DNA of 64,000 nucleotides from Escherichia coli (GTDB lineage Bacteria; Pseudomonadota; Gammaproteobacteria; Enterobacterales; Enterobacteriaceae): NCBI RefSeq assembly GCF_024298765.1, contig NZ_CP101210.1; one strand, 5' to 3'. Shown piece by piece: positions 53,077 to 64,000 of this stretch (position 1 is its first letter; each line of letters starts with the position of its first letter). The notes under the pieces were generated by a model. It saw only the letters and a program-made list of their open reading frames with translations, ran no database searches and was not told where the DNA came from. The position numbers and the translations under genes were made by a program.

Positions 53077-53847
53077 TTATGCCGCTTTATGTGCTTCTAG
53101 CATGATGATATCACTGGTGAAAGAGCCATCATTCTGCAAGGCAAAATACGTTTTCACCTCTGTCGATGCGCTCTGTTGGTAAATGCGAATAGCGTCTACT
53201 AACGCTTCTGGCGTACGCATTCTCGCTACCCATGAAGAAAATTCCAGCGGTAACTTATCTGTAATTAAATTATCAACTATCAGATTGGCTTCACTGATTA
53301 ACGTCAACCACTCACCGCTGGCGTAGTTTCGTACGTGAGAGGTATCGCGTAATGCTTCTACCGTCTGTAACCAGATGTCGCGCACTGGATGACCCGGAGA
53401 CATTACGTCCATCACAATCAGCCTACCGCCAGGTTTCAATATCCTATTCACTTCTCGCAGTGCTGCACCAACATCATGCCAGTGATGGGCAGAATAACGG
53501 CTGATAACAATATCAAATGCGTTATCGGCAAATGGCAGGCTTTCGACATAACCCTGGCGGGTGGTGATATTTTTCAGTTGCCGGGCTTCGGCAGCTTGTG
53601 CCACAACATCCAGCATATGGGCAGATAAGTCATACGCCACCACCGTGCTCACGTTTTGCGCAGCGACAAAGCTGGCATGCCCTGCTCCGCAGCCCATATC
53701 AAGTACACTTGCATCAGGATAATCAGCCAGACGCACCGCCAGACGCTGTAAATCTCGTCCGGATGCATGTACGGTACTGGTCAGATATTCGCTGGCTTGA
53801 GAGCTAAACTGCTTTTCTACGTGGTCATGGTGGGATTGTGTTGTCAT
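53077..53847 (-). CDS. yafE: SAM-dependent methyltransferase YafE
   Basis: Class I methyltransferase motif VLDMGCGAGH; synteny. Confidence 0.85.
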   Translation of the reverse strand: MTTQSHHDHVEKQFSSQASEYLTSTVHASGRDLQRLAVRLADYPDASVLDMGCGAGHASFVAAQNVSTVVAYDLSAHMLDVVAQAAEARQLKNITTRQGYVESLPFADNAFDIVISRYSAHHWHDVGAALREVNRILKPGGRLIVMDVMSPGHPVRDIWLQTVEALRDTSHVRNYASGEWLTLISEANLIVDNLITDKLPLEFSSWVARMRTPEALVDAIRIYQQSASTEVKTYFALQNDGSFTSDIIMLEAHKAA

Positions 53848-53924
53848 TGCGCTGTCCTTTTGTTATTTGAGTATAAAAGGGCAGCGCCAAACGTTGGTCT
53901 GCCCTGTGGCAGACCTGACATACC

Positions 53925-54776
<852 letters not shown>

Positions 54777-54965
54777 CTACTGTTATAGGGATTTTAGCTC
54801 ACTCTTTCAACGAGCAATTGTATATTGTTATGTAAGCAAGTGCTTACACCGGTCAGGATTTTGCTCATTATTGAGAACATTAAATCGGATGGCATATCTC
54901 GCATCCTGATGGTTTAATGACAAATAAATTCAAAATATCTCTTCTATTTTGCAACAGGAGCAAAA

Positions 54966-55880
54966 ATGAAAGCCACGTCGGAAGAACTCGCCATTTTTGT
55001 TTCAGTCGTCGAAAGCGGCAGCTTTAGCCGGGCAGCGGAACAATTAGGGCAAGCAAACTCAGCGGTAAGCCGGGCGGTGAAAAAGCTGGAGATGAAACTT
55101 GGCGTTAGCCTGCTTAATCGGACCACGCGGCAACTTAGCCTGACGGAAGAAGGCGAGCGTTATTTTCGTCGCGTACAGTCAATTTTGCAGGAGATGGCAG
55201 CGGCAGAATCAGAAATTATGGAGACGCGTAATACACCGCGTGGACTGTTACGGATCGATGCCGCAACTCCAGTGGTGCTGCACTTTCTGATGCCGTTGAT
55301 TAAGCCTTTTCGTGAACGCTATCCGGAAGTCACTTTATCGCTAGTCTCCTCCGAAACGATTATTAATTTGATCGAAAGAAAAGTGGATGTCGCGATACGC
55401 GCCGGTACGTTAACGGATTCCAGCTTACGTGCCAGGCCGTTATTTAACAGTTATCGAAAAATTATCGCCTCCCCCGATTATATTTCCCGCTACGGGAAGC
55501 CAGAAACGATCGACGATTTAAAGCAACATATTTGCCTGGGATTCACTGAACCCGCTTCCCTCAATACCTGGCCGATAGCCTGTAGCGATGGACAATTACA
55601 TGAGGTGAAGTACGGTTTGTCCTCCAATAGTGGGGAAACACTGAAACAGCTTTGCCTGAGTGGCAACGGGATTGCGTGTTTGTCCGACTACATGATCGAC
55701 AAAGAAATCGCTCGCGGAGAATTGGTGGAGTTAATGGCAGATAAAGTGTTGCCAGTGGAAATGCCATTCAGTGCAGTCTATTACAGCGACCGTGCGGTAA
55801 GTACGCGCATCCGGGCTTTTATCGATTTCCTTAGCGAGCATGTAAAAACAGCTCCCGGAGGAGCTGTCAGAGAGGCTTAA
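54966..55880 (+). CDS. yafC: LysR-family transcriptional regulator YafC
   Basis: 304 aa; N-terminal LysR HTH ([36 protein letters not shown]). Confidence 0.9.
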   Translation: MKATSEELAIFVSVVESGSFSRAAEQLGQANSAVSRAVKKLEMKLGVSLLNRTTRQLSLTEEGERYFRRVQSILQEMAAAESEIMETRNTPRGLLRIDAATPVVLHFLMPLIKPFRERYPEVTLSLVSSETIINLIERKVDVAIRAGTLTDSSLRARPLFNSYRKIIASPDYISRYGKPETIDDLKQHICLGFTEPASLNTWPIACSDGQLHEVKYGLSSNSGETLKQLCLSGNGIACLSDYMIDKEIARGELVELMADKVLPVEMPFSAVYYSDRAVSTRIRAFIDFLSEHVKTAPGGAVREA

Positions 55881-56680
55881 TCCCATTCAGGAGCCAGACC
55901 TTCCGGGCTAACCAGGCGGTCGTTGCAATCCAGTGCGGCGATCGCTTTTTTATCTTCGGCATCAAGCTGTAAATTTTGTGCCTTAAGATTACTCTCCAGG
56001 TTTTCACGTTTAGTAGAAGAAGGAATTACTGAGTAACCTTCCCCCATAGCCCACGCCAGAATCACTTGAGCCGGAGTCGCATTGTGTTTAGCTGCAATAC
56101 GAGCAATAACCTTATCTTTCAGTGCATTGCCATACGCCAGAGTCATATAGGAAGTAATATGGATACCGTGCTGTTTAGCCCAAGCGACCACTTTACGGTT
56201 TTGCAGATAAGGAGAGAGTTCAATCTGGTTAGTAGCGATGTTTTCAGCGCCAACAGCAGCAATCGCTTTTTCCATCAATGGGATCGTGAAGTTGGAAATA
56301 CCGATCTCACGCGTCAGCCCTTGTTTTTTGGCTTCCAGCAGCGCCTGCATAAACTCTTCAGCAGAGACTTCATCGCTTGGTGACGGCCAGTGGATTAGCG
56401 TCAGATCAACATAATCGGTACGCAATTTTTGCAGGCTCTCTTTCAGACTCGGGATCAATTTGTCTTTGCTGAGATTTTCAATCCAGATTTTAGTGGTGAT
56501 GTAGAGTTCATGACGTGGCACGCCACTTTCTGCAATCGCCTGACCTACTGCGGCTTCGTTATCATAGATTTGTGCGGTATCAATTGCGCGATAATCAAGT
56601 TCAAGCGCCGTTTTCACAGATGAAATAACAACGTCGTCTTTCAGACGGAAAGTGCCTAAACCAAATGCAGGGATAGCCAT
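55877..56680 (-). CDS. dkgB: 2,5-diketo-D-gluconate reductase B (aldo-keto reductase)
   Basis: 267-aa aldo-keto reductase; synteny next to aspU. Confidence 0.92.
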   Translation of the reverse strand: MAIPAFGLGTFRLKDDVVISSVKTALELDYRAIDTAQIYDNEAAVGQAIAESGVPRHELYITTKIWIENLSKDKLIPSLKESLQKLRTDYVDLTLIHWPSPSDEVSAEEFMQALLEAKKQGLTREIGISNFTIPLMEKAIAAVGAENIATNQIELSPYLQNRKVVAWAKQHGIHITSYMTLAYGNALKDKVIARIAAKHNATPAQVILAWAMGEGYSVIPSSTKRENLESNLKAQNLQLDAEDKKAIAALDCNDRLVSPEGLAPEWD

Positions 56681-56842
56681 AATATGCCTCTTTTAATGCT
56701 ATTTTCGTTAACTGAGGTGATTATGGGCTTCAGACTGTTGTGGAAAAATGGCGTAAAACGCAGAGGATTTTTGCGATTTTGGCAATAATAGAAATACAAA
56801 CGAAAAAAAACCTCGAGCGTTAACTCGAGGCTTCTTAATAAG

Positions 56843-56919
56843 TGGCGGAACGGACGGGACTCGAACCCGCGACCCCCTGCGTGACAGGCAGGTATTCTAA
56901 CCGACTGAACTACCGCTCC
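56843..56919 (-). tRNA. aspU: tRNA-Asp (anticodon GUC)
   Basis: Same 77-nt tRNA-Asp sequence as at 48618-48694; located 3' of the 5S rRNA. Confidence 0.97.
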
Positions 56920-56970
56920 ACCGAATTCTTTTACAACCACCGGTTTATAACCGGCTTACTGCTAAATTTG

Positions 56971-57090
56971 ATGCCTGGCAGTTCCCTACTCTCGCATGGG
57001 GAGACCCCACACTACCATCGGCGCTACGGCGTTTCACTTCTGAGTTCGGCATGGGGTCAGGTGGGACCACCGCGCTAAGGCCGCCAGGCA
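56971..57090 (-). rRNA. rrfH: 5S ribosomal RNA
   Basis: Reverse complement begins TGCCTGGCGGCC... and ends ...CCAGGCAT, 120 nt. Confidence 0.97.
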
Positions 57091-57188
57091 AATTCTGTTT
57101 TATCAACACGTCTCGTTATGACCTGTCGATTTAATCTGTATCAGGCTGAAAATCTTCTCTCTATCCGCCAAAACACCTTCGGCGTTGT

Positions 57189-60094
<2,906 letters not shown>

Positions 60095-60268
60095 TCACAA
60101 CCCGAAGATGTTTCACTTCAGAGTTGCGAAAATTTGAGAGACTCACGAACAACTTTCGTTGTTCAGTGTTTCAATTTTCAGCTTGATCCAGATTTTTAAA
60201 GAGCAAAACTTCGCAGTGAACCTTTGCAGGTACACTCTGAAGTATTTTTTATTTAATCACTACAGAGA

Positions 60269-60344
60269 TGGTGGAGCTATGCGGGATCGAACCGCAGACC
60301 TCCTGCGTGCAAAGCAGGCGCTCTCCCAGCTGAGCTATAGCCCC
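60269..60344 (-). tRNA. alaV: tRNA-Ala (anticodon UGC), rRNA spacer tRNA
   Basis: Reverse complement GGGGCTATAGCTCAGCTGGGAGAGCGCCTGCTTTGCACGCAGGAGGTCTGCGGTTCGATCCCGCATAGCTCCACCA. Confidence 0.97.
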
Positions 60345-60386
60345 ATAACATGTAGTTAAAACCTCTTCAAATTTGCCGTGCAAATT

Positions 60387-60463
<77 letters not shown>

Positions 60464-60531
60464 GTAGAGGTTTTACTGCTCATTTTCATCAGACAATCTG
60501 TGTGAGCACTGCAAAGAACGCTTCTTTAAGG

Positions 60532-62073
<1,542 letters not shown>

Positions 62074-62438
62074 AAAAGTTTGATGCTCAAAGAATTAAAC
62101 TTCGTAATGAATTACGTGTTCACTCTTGAGACTTGGTATTCATTTTTCGTCTTGCGACGTTAAGAATCCGTATCTTCGAGTGCCCACACAGATTGTCTGA
62201 TAAATTGTTAAAGAGCAGTTGCGACGCGGCTTTCAGCTCACTGTCGCGAGGTGGCGTATATTACGCTTTCCTCTTTCAGAGTCAACCCTGAATTTCAGGA
62301 TTTTTCTCTTCAACCGAACCGGCTGTTTGTGTGAAGTGATTCACATCCGCCGTGTCGATGGAGGCGCATTATAGGGTGTCGGCTCAGGAAGACAAGCGGA
62401 AAAATGCATTTTTATTTCAACCGCTCATCTTTTAATCA
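62074..62438 (-). promoter_or_regulatory. rRNA operon leader and tandem promoters (P1/P2)
   Basis: On the minus strand: CTTGTCTTCCTGAGCCGACACCCTATAATGCGCCTCCATCG (P1-like -35/-10) and a second TAATATACGCCACC -10-like element downstream. Confidence 0.7.
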
Positions 62439-63011
62439 TTACGCCGGTTTTTGCTGCTTTTTTATCGCTTGCGGCAGGTCTGCCAGGCTATTTAACACCC
62501 AATCCGCCGCGTTTTCTGCTTCAGGCGTAACAGGTTTACCCGTACGCACCAGCACTTTTGTTCCCACGTTCGCCGCAGCTGCTGCCTGCATATCTTCTAA
62601 TTTATCGCCCACCATATAAGAAGCGGCCATATCAATATGCAAATAATCGCGTGCTGACAAAAGCATCCCCGGATGTGGTTTGCGGCAGTCGCAGACCTGG
62701 CGAAACTCTTCAACACTACCCTGCGGATGATGCGGGCAATAATAGATACCATCCAGATCGACATCGCGGTCCGCCAGCGACCAGTCCATCCACTCGGTCA
62801 GCGTTTCAAACTGTGCTTCAGTAAATTTACCGCGAGCAATGCCAGACTGGTTGGTTACTACCACCAGCGCAAAGCCCATTTTTTTTAGCTCGCGCATGGC
62901 GTCAATAACACCGTCGATAAATTCAAAGTTGTCGATCTCATGGACATAGCCGTGATCGACATTAATGGTGCCATCACGGTCAAGAAAAATTGCGGGTACG
63001 CTCTTCGCCAC
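62439..63011 (-). CDS. gmhB: D-glycero-beta-D-manno-heptose-1,7-bisphosphate 7-phosphatase
   Basis: [31 protein letters not shown]... HAD-like DxDGT motif; synteny next to the rRNA operon. Confidence 0.92.
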   Translation of the reverse strand: MAKSVPAIFLDRDGTINVDHGYVHEIDNFEFIDGVIDAMRELKKMGFALVVVTNQSGIARGKFTEAQFETLTEWMDWSLADRDVDLDGIYYCPHHPQGSVEEFRQVCDCRKPHPGMLLSARDYLHIDMAASYMVGDKLEDMQAAAAANVGTKVLVRTGKPVTPEAENAADWVLNSLADLPQAIKKQQKPA

Positions 63012-63198
63012 CTTTTATAGCTCCTTAATAAGGCATGTGACGCTAGTATCGCATGTTTCGACCAGCAAGAAAGTGCTCTTCGCATAAACCTGATTGATTT
63101 AGACGTCTGGATGCCTTAACATCCATTTCATTGAAGGCGTTGCCCGTTCCAGGCATTCGAAATGCCACGACTAACTTAATGACGATAATAAATAATCA

Positions 63199-64000
63199 AT
63201 GATAAAACTTTCGAATATCACCAAAGTGTTCCACCAGGGCACCCGCACCATCCAGGCGTTGAACAACGTCAGCCTGCATGTGCCAGCTGGACAAATTTAT
63301 GGCGTTATCGGTGCCTCTGGCGCGGGTAAGAGTACGCTTATACGTTGTGTAAACCTGCTGGAGCGCCCAACCGAGGGTAGCGTGCTGGTCGATGGCCAGG
63401 AACTGACCACGCTGTCAGAATCCGAGTTGACCAAAACTCGCCGCCAGATTGGTATGATTTTCCAGCATTTTAACCTGCTCTCTTCGCGTACTGTTTTTGG
63501 CAACGTGGCTCTGCCGCTGGAGCTGGACAACACACCGAAAGATGAGATCAAACGTCGCGTGACGGAATTGCTGTCATTGGTTGGTCTTGGCGATAAGCAT
63601 GATAGCTACCCGTCGAATCTTTCCGGTGGGCAGAAACAGCGTGTGGCGATTGCCCGTGCGTTAGCCAGCAATCCCAAAGTATTGCTGTGTGATGAGGCCA
63701 CCAGCGCGCTGGATCCGGCAACGACACGTTCTATTCTCGAACTGCTGAAAGACATCAACCGCCGTCTGGGTTTGACGATTCTGTTGATCACCCACGAAAT
63801 GGACGTTGTGAAGCGTATTTGTGATTGCGTGGCGGTCATCAGCAATGGCGAACTGATCGAGCAGGACACGGTAAGTGAAGTGTTCTCGCATCCGAAAACG
63901 CCGCTGGCGCAGAAGTTTATTCAGTCGACCCTGCATCTGGATATCCCGGAAGATTACCAGGAACGTCTGCAAGCGGAGCCATTCACTGACTGCGTGCCGA
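63199..64000 (+). CDS. metN: Methionine ABC transporter ATP-binding protein (5' part; gene continues beyond the window)
   Basis: [47 protein letters not shown]...; Walker A, LSGGQKQR, Walker [12 protein letters not shown]. Confidence 0.92.
   Translation, partial: MIKLSNITKVFHQGTRTIQALNNVSLHVPAGQIYGVIGASGAGKSTLIRCVNLLERPTEGSVLVDGQELTTLSESELTKTRRQIGMIFQHFNLLSSRTVFGNVALPLELDNTPKDEIKRRVTELLSLVGLGDKHDSYPSNLSGGQKQRVAIARALASNPKVLLCDEATSALDPATTRSILELLKDINRRLGLTILLITHEMDVVKRICDCVAVISNGELIEQDTVSEVFSHPKTPLAQKFIQSTLHLDIPEDYQERLQAEPFTDCVP

Overview
This window is an Escherichia coli-type chromosome segment with a conserved core on the right and a mosaic genomic island of at least 48 kb on the left, inserted at tRNA-Asp (aspV). 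All calls rest on reading the six-frame translations and the sequence by eye; no database search or computation was run. Core (48.6-64 kb): aspV, dnaQ, rnhA, yafS, gloB, mltD, yafE, yafD, yafC, dkgB, aspU, a complete rrnH-type rRNA operon on the minus strand (5S, 23S, tRNA-Ala, tRNA-Ile, 16S), gmhB and the 5' part of metN. Island, left to right: a decayed IS630-family transposase; the tos type-1-secretion operon (tosR-C-B-D-A-E-F, minus strand) with a 1005-bp tandem repeat inside tosA; IS150-like and ISL3 debris; an intact IS2; a P4-like remnant (AlpA); a TonB-dependent receptor plus ABC iron-uptake operon; a cassette region bounded by related palindromic repeats (two hypotheticals, a catalytic-domain-only tyrosine recombinase, a HEPN-like multi-zinc-ribbon protein); then a CP4-like module (yeeP-like GTPase pseudogene, antirestriction, RadC-like, CbeA/CbtA-type toxin-antitoxin, IS630, IS66). 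The strongest candidate for an undescribed system is a translationally coupled three-gene operon at 32.4-36.8 kb: a dynamin-like GTPase, a YjcZ-like protein and a patatin-like phospholipase, with its own palindromic operator-like array and terminator. Self-derived coordinates may be off by 1-2 bp.
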